From: Squalus acanthias
Taxonomy: Eukaryota
Assembly (NCBI GenBank): GCA_030390025.1
Contig: CM059431.1
Location: 117,430,001 to 117,494,000 of the forward strand
Length of the DNA: 64,000 nt
Direction of reading: 5' to 3'
In this document: positions 24,405 to 36,375 of the stretch, in pieces
Layout: the number at the start of each line of letters is the position of its first letter
How positions within the stretch are numbered: the stretch's first letter is position 1
Translations under genes and position numbers: made by a program
The notes under the pieces: generated by a model
Database searches by the model: none
Seen by the model: the letters and a program-made list of their open reading frames with translations, nothing else
Told to the model about the DNA's origin: nothing

Positions 24405-24441
24405 AGTTAACGTTTCAGTTCGATGACCTTTCATCAGAACT
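24405..24441 (-). ncRNA. Minimal hammerhead ribozyme motif (PLE family B)
   Basis: AGTT-CTGATGA-A-AGGTC-ATC-GAACT-GAAA-CG-TT-AACT; palindromic AACGTT; one stem II mismatch. Confidence 0.7.
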
Positions 24442-24579
24442 GGATATTGTTACAGATGTAATAGGTTTTAAGCAAGTACAGAGGCAGAGAAAGTGGGTAT
24501 GGGAGGAAAGAACAAAAGTGAAGGTCTGTGACAGGGTGGAAGGCAGGAAAGATTAAATGAAAAAAGGGATGATGGTACA

Positions 24580-24775
24580 AAAAAAAGACTTGCATTTATA
24601 CAGTGTCACCGGATGTCCCAAAGCGCTTTACAGCCAATTAAGTAATGTAGTCACTGTTGTAATGTAGGAAACGCAGCAGCCACTTTGCGCACAGCAAGCT
24701 CCCACACACATCAATGTGATAATGACCAGATAATCTGTTTAAGTGATATTGATTGAGGGATAAATATTGGACAGG
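24580..24775 (-). mobile_element. SacSINE1-like SINE 3' half inserted in the PLE
   Basis: Reverse-complement homology to 14380-14600. Confidence 0.8.
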
Positions 24776-26951
24776 GAAAAAGGGGGTGGTAATGGGACAA
24801 GTAAAAAAACAAAAGATGGGTCCAGAAGAGGTGTAAATGGAAATAGGAGAATCAGCACCTGCTGTACGAAAAAATGGGGGCAGAGGTTATGATCTGAAAT
24901 TGTTGAACTCTATGTTGAGTTCAGAAGGCTTTAAAGTGCCTAATCAAAAGATGAGGTGCTGTTCCTTGAGCTTACGTTGAGCTTCATTGGAACAGTGTAA
25001 GAGAACTAGGACAGAGAGCTCAGAGTGGGAGTGGAGCGGAGAATTAAAGTGACAGGCGACCGGAAGCTCATGGTTACACTTGCAGACTGAACGGAGGTGT
25101 TCCACAAGGGGGTCTCCCCAGTGTAGAGTAGACCGCATCGTGCGCAGCGAATACAGTATACTAAATTGAAAGAAGTACAATTAAATCGCTGTTTCACCTG
25201 GAAGGAGTGATTGGTGCCCTGGACAGTGGGAAGGTGAGGAGGTAAAAGGACAGGTGTTATATCTCCTGTGCTTGCAAGGGAAGGTGCTGTGGGAAGTGGA
25301 GGATATGTTGGGGTGATTGAGGAGTGGACCAGGGTGTCGCGGAGGGAACTGTCCCTTCGGAATGCTGAAAGGAGAGGGGAGGGAAAGATATGTTTGGTGG
25401 TGGGATCGCACTGGAGGTGGCGGAAATGGCAAAAGATGATCCGTTGAATGTGAAGGTTGGTGGGGTGGAAGGTGAGGACAAGGCGAACCCTATCAAGGTT
25501 CTGGGAGGGAGGGAATTGGGTGAGAGCAGAAGTGCGAGTAATGGAACAGACACGGTCGAGGACACTTTCAACCACGGTGGAGGGGAATCCTCAGTTGAAG
25601 AAAACGGAAGACATATTAGAGCACTGCTATGGAAGGTGGCACCGTCCGAACAGATGCAACAAAGATGGAGAAACTGGGAGAATGGAATAGAGTCCTTACA
25701 GGAAGAGGGGTGGGAGGAAGTGTAGTCAAGGTAGCTGTGGGAGTCAGTGGGCTTATAATGGATACTGCTAGATAGCCTATCTCATCCAGAAATGGAGACA
25801 GAGAAGTTGAGGGAGGAAAGGGAAGAATCTGAGGTGGACCATGTGAAGGCAAGGGAAGGGTGGAAATTGGAAGTAAAGTTGTTAAAATTTTCCAGTTTGG
25901 GACGAGAGCAGGAAATGACAACGATACAGTCATCACTGTACCGGAAAAAGAAGTAAGGGAGGGAACCTCAGCAGGACTGGAACAAAGAGTGTTCCACATA
26001 TCCCACGAAAAGTTAGGCACAGTTAGGACACATATGGGTTCCCATAGCAACCCCTTTTGTTTGGAGGAAGCGAGTGGAGTCAAAGGAGAAATTGTTCAAT
26101 GTGAGAACAAGTTCAGCCAGGCGAAGGAGAGTGGTGGTTGATGAGGACTGGTTGGGCCTCTGTTCAAGGAAGAAGCAGAAATCCTTCAGGCCATCCTGGT
26201 GGGGGACTGAGGTGTTGAGGCATTGGGTGTCCATGGTGAAAAAGAGACGGTTATGGCCAGGAAACTGGAAACTGTTAAAGTGGAAAGGGCGTCGGAAGAG
26301 TTGCGGATGTAGGTGGGAAGAGACTGGACAAGGGGAGAAAAAAGAGTTATGTTAGGAAGAAATCAGTTCCGTGGGGCAAGAACAGGCTGAAATAACGGGT
26401 CTACCAGGGCAGTTATCTTTGTGGATCTTGTGAAGGAGGTAGAAGTGGGCTGTGCTGGGTTGGGGGACTATGAGTTTGGAGGTCGGGGAGGGAAGATCTC
26501 CAGAGGCAATGAGGTCAGTGACAGTCTTGGAAACGATGGCTTGACGTTCACTAGTGTGGTCATGTTCCAGGGGGAGGTAGTGGGAGGTGTCAGAGAGTTG
26601 GCATTCAGCCTCAGCAAGGTAGAGGTCAGTTTGCCAGGCAACAACAGCACCACCCTTGTCAGCAGGTTTAATAACATTGTTAGGGTTGGATCTGAGAGAA
26701 AGGAGTGCTGCAAGTTCAGAGGGAGGTAGGTTGGAGTGAGTGAGGGGAGCAGAGAAATTGAGAAATTCTGACCCCATCCCTGCTTCTAATCTCACCCCTG
26801 CCATGTTTTCATTATCCCCTCTGACTTTCCCCTCTTTGATCGTTCGGGGTTTGGAATAGAGCTAAATGTAATATTGGTAAATATAGCAATTAAAAACATG
26901 GAAAACATGCAAATTAATCAACAACAAATCGCATTTATATAGCACCTTTAA

Positions 26952-29055
26952 GCTCCCCCTGGTATGGCCCACATCTCCGCTCCCTTAAGTCCAAGGGACG
27001 CAGACTTGAACGGATATGGCGGACAACTGGTTTAGCCATTCACCGCCAGATCTGGCTGGACCACATAAAGCATTATCGGTTCCTGCTCTCGTCTGCCAAA
27101 ATTGTTCACTATTCCAGAATTATTCTGGAATGCAAAGATAAACTCCGGCTCTTAATCTCTACTGCTAACCGTCTTCTTAAACCCCTCCCCCCTGTCTCCT
27201 CCACCCTCACCTTCGATAACAAGTGTGAGGAGCTCATGGACTTCTTTGTCTCCAAGATTGAGATTATCCATTCAGCTGCCTCTGCCACTTCCCTTCCTTC
27301 CCCTAGCCCACTGGGCCAAACTTCCTCTCAGGTTCCCCCCTGCCCTAGCCCTGAACTCACATCTTTCTCCAGTTTCTCTCCGATCTGCCCTCATGACCTC
27401 TCTGCGCTAATCTTGTCCATGAGACCCACCTCCTGCTCCCTCAACCCTATTCCCACCAAATTGCTGACCACCCAACTTCCTTTTCTGGCTCCCATGTTAG
27501 CTGACATTGTTAACGGTTCTCTCTCCTCAGGAACTGTCCCCCTCTCCCTCAAATCTGCCGTCATCACCCCTCTCAAAAAAACAACCCTTGACCCCTTCAT
27601 CCTTGCAAACTACCGCCCCATCTCCAACCTCCCTTTCCTCTCCAAAGTCCTTGAACGTGTTGTCGCCTCCCAAATCTGTGCCCATCTTTCCCGCAATTCC
27701 ATGTTTGAATCCCTCCAATCAGCTTTCCGCCCCTGCCACAGTACCGAAACGGCTCTCATCAAAGTCACAAATGACATCCTTTGTGATTGTGACAAAGGTA
27801 AACTATCCCTCCTCGACTTCCTTTACTTGTCTGCAGCCTTTGATACGGTTGACCACTCCATCCTTCTCCAACACCTATCCACTGTCGTCCAGCTGGGTGG
27901 GACTGCACTCGCCTGGTTCCATTCTTATCTATCTAATCGTGACATAGAATCACCTGCAACGGCTTCTCTTCCCACTCCCGCATCGTTACCTCTGGTATCC
28001 CCCAAGGATCTATCCTTGGCCCCCTCCTATTTCTCATCTACCTGTTGCCCCTTGGTGACATCATCTGAAAACACAGCATCAGTTTCCACATGTACACTGA
28101 CGACACCCAGCTCTACCTCACTACCACTTCTCTTGACCCCGCCACGGTCTCTAAATTGTCAGACTGTTTTTCTGACATCCAGTTCTGGTGAGCAGAAATT
28201 TTCTTCAATTAAATATTGGGAAGACCGAAGCCATTGTTTTCGGTCCCCGCCACAAACTCTGTTACCTAGCCACTGACTCCATCCCTCTCCCTAACATCTG
28301 TCTGAGGCTGAACCACACTGTCCGCAACCTTGGTGTCATATTTGACCCTGAAATGAGCTTCCGACCATATATCCGCAGCATAACTAAGAACGCTTATTTC
28401 CACCTCCGTAACATCGCCCGTCTCCGACCTTGCCTCAGCTGATCCACTGCTGAAACCCTCATCCATGCCTTTGTTACCTCTAGACTTGACTATTCCAACA
28501 CACTCCTGGCTGGCCTCCCACATTCTACCCTACGTAAACTTGAGGTCATCCAAAACTCGGCTGCCCGTATCCTAACTCGCACCAAGTCCCGTTCGCCCAT
28601 CACCCCTGTGCTCGCTGACCTACATCGGCTCCCAGTTAAGCAACACCTTGATTTCAAAATTCTCATCCTTGTTTTCAAATCCCTCCATGGCCTCGCCCCT
28701 CCCTATCTCTGTAATCTCCTTCAGCCCCACCACCCCCCGAGATATCTGCGCTCCTCTAATTCTGGCCTCTTAAGTATCCCTGATTATAATCACTCAACCA
28801 TTGGTGGCCGTGCCTTCTGTTGCCTAGGCCCTAAGCTCTGGAATTCCCTGCCTAAACCTCTCCGCCTCGCTACCTCTCTTTCCTCCTTTAAGACGCTCCT
28901 TAAAACCTACCTCTTTGACCAAGCTTTTGGTCACCTGCCCTAATTTCTCCTTATGTGGTTTGGTGTCAAATTTATTTTGTCTTTTAATACTCCTGTGAAG
29001 CGCCTTGGGACGTTTTACTACGTTAAAGGCGCTATATAAATACAAGTTGTTGTTG
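26952..29055 (+). mobile_element. L2 LINE, 5'-truncated ORF2 RT, inserted antisense into the tail of another L2 (26920-26951, 29056-29308, - strand)
   Basis: [43 protein letters not shown]; (GTT)n tail; TSD TTAA at 26948-26951 and 29056-29059. Confidence 0.92.
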
Positions 29056-30430
29056 TTAATGTAGAAAACTTCCCAAGGCGCTCACAAGAGCATTATCAAA
29101 CAAAATTTGACACCGAGCCAGATAAGGAAGTATTAGTACAGGTGACCAAAAGCTTGGTCGACGAGGTAGATTTTAAGGGGCATCTTAAAGGAGGAGAGAG
29201 AGGCAGTGAGGCAGAGCGGTTTAGGCAGGGAGTTCCAGAGCTTAGGGCCTCGGCAGCTGGAGGCACGGCCACCAATGGCGGAGCGATTAAAATCGGAGAT
29301 GCGCAACAACCTAAAATTGAGGCACTTAGCTTTTTCTAATAACACTGGCAGTGTGAACATTAAAACTGGAATGAAAATACAAATGGGGAAACCTTCGTTT
29401 AAAGATGTTAAAAATGGCCTTTTGGTAGAAGAAGTCATGATAGTATGAGAGTATAAGGCTAAAGGGATCAAGGGATATGGGGAGAAGGCAGGGACAGGGT
29501 ACTGAATTTGGATGATCAGCCATGATCTCATTAAATGGCGGAGCAGGCTCGAGGGGCCAGAATGGCCTACTCCTGCTCCTATCTTCTATGATTCTATGAT
29601 TCTATGCCATATTTGGACCTCATAAGCATTGCGCCACTGAACAGAAATTATCCTGCAACAAACTAATATAATCCTCCAGGTAATATCAAATGAAAATTAA
29701 ATCTTAATGAAAGTGCAGGATCTGCCAGAGAGAATACAGCTGGAAATCAAAGCATACTAACGAGCGGTGATCATTATCTCAAAATTCTTTGTGCTGAATT
29801 GTCTGCCTGTGGAGGAAACAGATAGAGGGACGTATTTTGGAACTTGAAGACAATGAAGGTCACAAGTTCAGGAGGAGAGGGAGAGGGTGCAGTGCGATCC
29901 AGCTACATCACTATATATTCAGAGAAATACTTCTGTTTTAATGGGAGGATGTGGAAATAGTCATTAGAAAATGATATGCAGCAACATGTGCAGGATTTGA
30001 GCAACTAATTATATATTGACAGCATCCAAAAATGTGAAGTCTGGTGCAGACAAGCATGCAAACTTTCAACGGCTCCATAAATTATTTACCAAGGGGAACA
30101 AGACATAGCTTGGCAGAACCTTGGTCTACTATGCAGATTACTACAAAATAATGTAGAGCCTGGATTGCTGTCTGCACTGTAGATCAAACAATCAAAATGG
30201 AGGCTCGATTATAATCTGTTCTATATGTTGGGTTAGTTTATTTAGCAGTGGATTGCTATTTGCTTTGAAAATGTGATTAGCTGAAATTATGAATGGATTG
30301 CAGACTGTATTTCCTGTGAGTAAATCAAGTACTCGGGATGTCATCCCGCCTAGTCTTACTTATTTCTATTGCTGCCTGGAGACTACAAATTAGAGTAGAG
30401 TCAAGATTGGAAAAATTTAGCATAGACTGT

Positions 30431-33010
30431 GGGAGCTAAATTGGGCAGTGTAGCACCCTGTTTTATGCACTATGTGGCCACCTAAGGAGTCAAAATGGTG
30501 TTCAAGATGCGCGCGCACAATCTACCAGCAGGAAGTATGCAGGACGCCATGTTGGTAAAGGGGTTTGCACGTGTATGCTTAACGACCGCCGGCAGCATGC
30601 AGAGCAGCGAGATGATGATGTGAAACAGTATGCAACGTTGATTTGAAGCTACCACTGCCGTTTTGCAACTCCACACTCCAGCCAATGTGCTGTCTTAACC
30701 TTGCACAGCTGAACACGATGTTAAACAACATGAAGGACCCCACACCAGCGCTATTTAAAGGGATCATGAAATACTTACAGGTTAGATGCTGGGTGATTTC
30801 TTCTGGCTGCTGGTGCAATTGTACACTTTTTAGGAGGTTTCCTATACTTGGCTAAAGTTCCAGTACTCTACAGAGAGTGGTCAGGCTGGTCTTTCAGTTT
30901 TGTTTTTGTCATTTAAACGATTGTGCTGAAAGAAGTTGCTCCCAGACATGGGTAGCCTAGGAGTGCTTCATCTGGGAATTAAGCGTGACTGGGAGAATGA
31001 AGAAAGGCCACGTAAAGCAGGACAAGCTGCTAGAAGAGGGAGAAGGAGGAGGGGAAGCAGGGCGCTCAGCAGGCTGCCATATCTACGGAGAGACTTCAGG
31101 GTGCAATTCTCTTTACCTCAACTTCAGCGATAACCAGCTTCATCAATGTGGCTGGAGTGAAATCAGTCAACTGCTGCAGGCACAGCCTCAAAGCAGGGCA
31201 AAGAGAGCATTGCCTAAGGCTGTCTATGACTGTGATTCTTAATGTTAATGCATCTGGCTTCTTTCAGGCTGATGCTGGAGATATAAGCAACAACTCAGTT
31301 TGCAGTGCACTGCTGCATAAAAAAGGTCACCGAGGCTCGCTATACAATGAGAAACACATTCATCTCCTTCCCTCTTGCTGGAGACAAGTAGGAGGAGCGA
31401 GCATGAGGTATTACATGGATTGCAGGCCTCCCCTTGGTGCAGGGTGCCATTAAAAGCACGCACATCACCTTATGTGCTCCTCATCTGAAATCGTCCATTT
31501 CATCAACAGAAAGGGATTCCACTCCCTCAATGTGCAGCTAGTGTGCAACCACAGGTTACGCATCATGCAGGTGAATGCCTGTTATCAACAACAACTTGTA
31601 TTTATAGAGCACATTTAAGGTAGTAACATGTCCCAAGGTGCTTCACAGGAGTGTTATTAAACAAAATTTGACACCGAGCCACATAAGAAGGTATTAGGGA
31701 AGAGTAGGTTTTAAGTAGTGTCTTAAAGGAGGAAAGAGGGATAGAGAGGCAGAGAGGTTTAGGCAGGGAATTCCAGAGCTCAGGGCCTTGGCAGCTGAAG
31801 GCAAGGCCGCCAATGGTGGAGCGAATAAAATCAGGGATGCTCAAGAGGCCAGAATTAGAGGAGTGCGGATATCTCGGAGGGTTTTAGGGCTGGAGAAGAT
31901 TACAGAGATAGAGAGGGGTGAGGCCATGGCGGGATTTGAAAACAAGGATGAGAATTTTAAAATCGAGGTGTTGCTTAACCGGGAGCCAATGAAGGTCAGC
32001 GAGCACAGGGGTGATGGGTGAACAGGACCGGGTGTGAGCTCGGACACAGGCAGAAGAGTTTTGGATGACCTCAAGTTTACGGAGGGTAGAACGTGGGAGG
32101 CCATCCAGGAGTGTGTTGGAATAGTCAAGTCCAGAGGCAACAAAGGCATGGATGAGGGTTTCAGCAGCAGCCTCCTCTTATGCGCCTCCTGCAAGAAAGA
32201 GGGAAGTGTGTCAGTGAGTGTCCAGCAATATGTTTGGGTGTTATGGTTGAATAGCTGCCACGTGTGTGCGAGCTGTGAGTTGTGGAGTGAGGATTTCAAC
32301 AGTGCTCAGTGTGTGAGGGTGAGGTAAACCATATGAATTGAAGGGTTGCGTACTGATTGATAGAGATTGTTGGTAGGTGGGTGATGGGGTTGTAGTGAAC
32401 TGAGCAGTGGAAGAGTCAAGTGGTGCAGTTGGTAGCTGATGCCATTTAAAGATTGAACTCACTCCCCTTTACAACTCGTGTCAGATCATTAAGCTTCTTC
32501 CTGCACTGCATCCATGTTCTTAGAGCTACACTCTTGGCTTTGACCTCCACTGCTACTTCTTCCCACTGTCTCCTGAGCATGTGTCTTGTGGGCCTCCTGC
32601 CCCACTGTGGATACAGGATATCTCTTCGCACTACGTCTTGTACCAAGGCCTCCAGTGCATTATCAGAAAACCTTGGTGCATGCTCTCTCACACGTTCAGC
32701 CATTCTTCAATATATTACAGCACAGATTCAGTTCACAAAGGACTCCTACCACTTCTTGAAGCCACAATGCACCTCCCCTTTAAGAGGTGCAGGCTGCCTT
32801 TAAGTAGTGCTAGCCACCCGCAATATTGAGCCCCCTGCTGATGCATGCAGACAATGCACAGCGCAGGTAGCACTGGCTGCATGCAGGGATCATGGAACTC
32901 AGCAGGCAGCACCAATTTAACATGTTGCCTGCATCGCAATGAATGGGCGCAGGTTAATCGTGGACCCCGATCCCCATGCCTGTTTTCGGAGGTTATCCAA
33001 TTTAAACCTC
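30431..33010. mobile_element. Harbinger transposon with convergent transposase (+, ~30948-31585) and Myb/SANT (-, 32446-32703) remnants
   Basis: INRKGFHSLNVQLVCNHRLRIMQVNACY; APRFSDNALEALVQDV...WEEVAVEV...RTWMQCRKKLNDL; TIRs GGGAGCTAAATTGG / CCAATTTAAACCTC. Confidence 0.88.
31586..32168 (-). mobile_element. L2 3' fragment inside the Harbinger element
   Basis: CAACAACAAC tail on the + strand; reverse-complement homology to 28450-29055. Confidence 0.9.
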
Positions 33011-35793
33011 AAGGTCTCTCTTGTATTGTTCATATGATAGTCACAGCTTCAAGTAACGCAATTTGTAGTGACAAGACAAACCATTTTGTCCTCCAATAAG
33101 ACAGCATAAGGTCTCAGTGTGATTCGGTTAGAGCCATCACTCATTGACTCTGTGCAACCTTTCAGTCTCAGTTTGCAGTCTGTCATTTTTGAACTGGTTA
33201 TGCACTTCCTCCCCTAACCAGGCAACCAGTTGTCACACACAGTTGTCTGAAACACCACCAACTGAGCACACATTGAGAAGGAGAACATATATTTCATGAG
33301 ATAGAAGTGTTAAATCCAACCGTTACAGATTAACACATATAACTTTGTTAAAAAGTTTAAACTTTTACATGCATTTATATGTTAAGTTTAATCAATTAGC
33401 ATGCAGTGCACATGCTGCTTCATACACTGAGTATGCTACAATGCTGCACTTAGTGTGTTGTCAGACTGTAAGTGCTTGGTTGGCATTATTATAGACATCG
33501 AGATTTTCACCTTCATTAGGTTTAGCACTAAAATAGCACCAACACTACACTTTCACCAGTGTTAGTGATCCCACTGTGAACTTGCACAATTTTCGTGACC
33601 TCGCACTCTTGCATGATGGTGAATGGGTTATCAGCACTATTCTAGCCCCACAATGGTAGTCAATTTCTGAGTGGGGGAGAAATTCAGTTTAATTACAGCA
33701 TTTATATGGCTGCATCAGCAGGAAGTCCTAGGGCATCCATTTTGAGAGTAACTAATGTGAAGAAGAAGGAGCAAGATTTTGCAGGCTGCATCAACAGGGC
33801 AGAGGGTCCCAAAGTTTATGGAGTCCTCAGTGTAATTTTCAAGGAGAAGGTGTGAAGGTCTCTTTGGTACAAAGAACAGGAAATCAGCAAAGTCCACAGC
33901 CCAGGTCCAGCAGAAAGTGATGGCAGAGGCTGTGAGTGCAACATCCAGAACCCCTTATACAGCAAGTCAATATTAAAAAACAGTTTCATGACCTCAACAG
34001 GTCAGACAAGGTAAGAGGACTAACATTCATTATTTTCTGCAGCAAAGTTGAACGTATGAGTACAAGTGCCACCCAGCTTATCTACCCAATGTTCCTCACC
34101 ATGTCTCATTTTCCTGAAATCTCCCTGAGGAAGTCCAAGACCCTTCACACCTTCTTCCTTCCCCTACAATCATTGCTTAACTCACTCCCTCACATGCAAA
34201 AGATATGAAACTCTCATTGATATCTTAGATTCAATCCTGCACCTTTAATTATAACCTTTAAGGAATCATAACTCCAAACCTGGGCTGCAGTCCTAGTGAA
34301 TGAAACACAAGGTACATTCACACTCTGTACCTTCCCCTTGAAGGAGAAGACTGCATACAATTTAAGACAGAACAATACCACTGGGGAAGGACCTTAGAGT
34401 CTTGAGGCCTTCATCTCCTTTGAGGAAGATCCTCTGGAGCAACTGGGCAGGCAAAGAGGCGGGGGTGAGTGGGGGGAGGTGGGTGGCGGGGGAGGCTGTG
34501 AGAGATGGAGAAGTGGTAGGGGACGTGACAGCTGCAAATTGGATCAGGAAAGTCTTCGTATCAGGTCTCATCAGTTTCTGCCACTCAGTTGCAATCCTTC
34601 GTATAAATAACTGTCAGGTTTAAATCTTTCAGCTTGTTTGTAAACTGCTTTTGGCATTTTCTGTTTATCGCACCCATGTCAACTGCTCCTCTTTTTTATT
34701 TCATTCCAGGTGAACAGCAGCAACATCAGAAGCAGCAGCTGCCACAGGAATTAGGGTCCTAATCCTCCCTTACCCCCATTCAGCTCACCCACTGCATCAT
34801 TACTTTCCCCTTTACCAAACATCATTCCATTGACACCTACCCACGAGGGACTAATTAGAGTTAATAGGAGTGCATCGCATGGGGCTTATAAGAGCACAAG
34901 TGCCAAGGAGGTGAACAAGGTTGTTGAGGACAGCTATACATGTTTGGAAGTTGTCTAGCCACGTGACTCAGGATCTTGGAAGTTCCACGTTTAAAAGAGG
35001 ATGCTCATAGAGTATCTCACCCATGTCAAGGCCTCCAATGAAGTGTCCAGGAATGTGCATCAGATGATAACTCCGATAGAGGAGTCCACTAAGCACATCT
35101 GTGGCATCATGATGGATTTACACACGGATCTGTAGTTAAATCTGAAGCAAGTGGTACCTTCTGTATGAAATTCAGCAGATGGCCCAGAAGCAGAAGATCT
35201 ATGGGCAGTAATTGCTACAGGAGTAGCAGCCCTGATGGCTGCCATTAAGGTATTGAGCACCAGATGTGAGAACACAGTATTTTGCGGTCTCCAATCTATT
35301 GGAGCTGGAATCCAGAAAACCCTTGTTTGGAGGACTTCAGAGATCTGACTGGAACCATTTTGTCTGTTTTTTAGCCGCTGGCCAATGGACAATCAGAACC
35401 ATTACTAGTGGCTCAGTAGATGTGGACATGCATGAGGGTGATGCCTGCCATTGCAGCTCAACATGTGTGCTCTTATTTCAGCCCAATAAATGGCAAACAT
35501 GTTGTTGAAAGCAGCCAGTGTGAGCCTTCAGTTTTATTCCTCTGGGCCTTTTCCAAACTGAGACAAGGTGCCACCTCAGGTCCCAAAATCTAATACACCA
35601 GCCAGCTACTCTGTGGCTCTCTCCCTAGAGGTAGCACCTAAAAGAAGTAGATGGTTGGGATTAAGAAGTAGAGTTAATATAGGCATTAGGCGGTGGTAGG
35701 TGGTGGAGTGGTAGTAGAACATAGGAATGGACACAGTGCAATCCACCTTAAATGTAATTATCTAACTTCCACACTGCTTTGATATTATTTTCT

Positions 35794-35904
35794 TTGCTAA
35801 CTTGCTAAATTGCTAACTTACCTGACGAAGGAGCGAACTGCTTCGAAAGCTTGTAAAATTAAATAAATCTGTTGGACTATAACCTGGTGTTGTGCGACTT
35901 CTCA
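35794..35904 (+). mobile_element. 111-bp PLE-derived insertion consisting of a hammerhead and 3' tail
   Basis: TSD ATATTATTTTCT at 35782-35793 and 35905-35916; hammerhead 35818-35856; tail GTTGGACTATAACCTGGTGTTGTGCGAC shared with family A. Confidence 0.88.
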
Positions 35905-36375
35905 ATATTATTTTCTGACAGCGGTTAGGATGGTAGCTGTTGAACTGAAGAGTGGCATACGGTGGGTTATTAGAGATGATCACGTGATAGCTTTATTGAA
36001 GTATTCTGCTCTGTTAGGAAATACCAAGCCAATGTCTGGCATGTAGTGGGCAGGGAACCATATTTGCAGAAATTGTCTTTTATTAGGAGTTTCTGTGTTT
36101 TTCGTGCAGCTGCCACAGGATCTTTGGTGGGCTCCTGGACTTCATTCCCTTGGGAAGCATCAAGTTCCTACGCCTGCTTGCCTTGGTCTTCCAGCCTGTT
36201 TTCTCCACCTCTGTAAGATGAAAACTCTTTCAAATGGATAGATTGGGATGCACATCACAAACTACAATGATCAGGAAACTCTCGCTGGACTATTTGGGAG
36301 TGTGCCTTCTGATTGGTTCACACACCTAAATCAAACCTTTAGAATGCCAATGGTTTGGTCTACTACCAATAGTGG

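Larger units (their letters stand above)
24366..26768 (-). mobile_element. Penelope-like family B, decayed RT + GIY-YIG
   Basis: IKPADKGGAVV, FYLLHKIHK...PGRPVISACSCPTE, LVLTLNNFSF...QTKGVAMGT, NLVYCIRCARCGLLYTGET; hammerhead near the 3' end. Confidence 0.9.

Noticed and set aside
32446..32703. Domesticated NAIF1/MSANTD-like host gene
   Set aside because: Lies within TIR-bounded Harbinger with a decayed transposase partner; no evidence of intact downstream exons.
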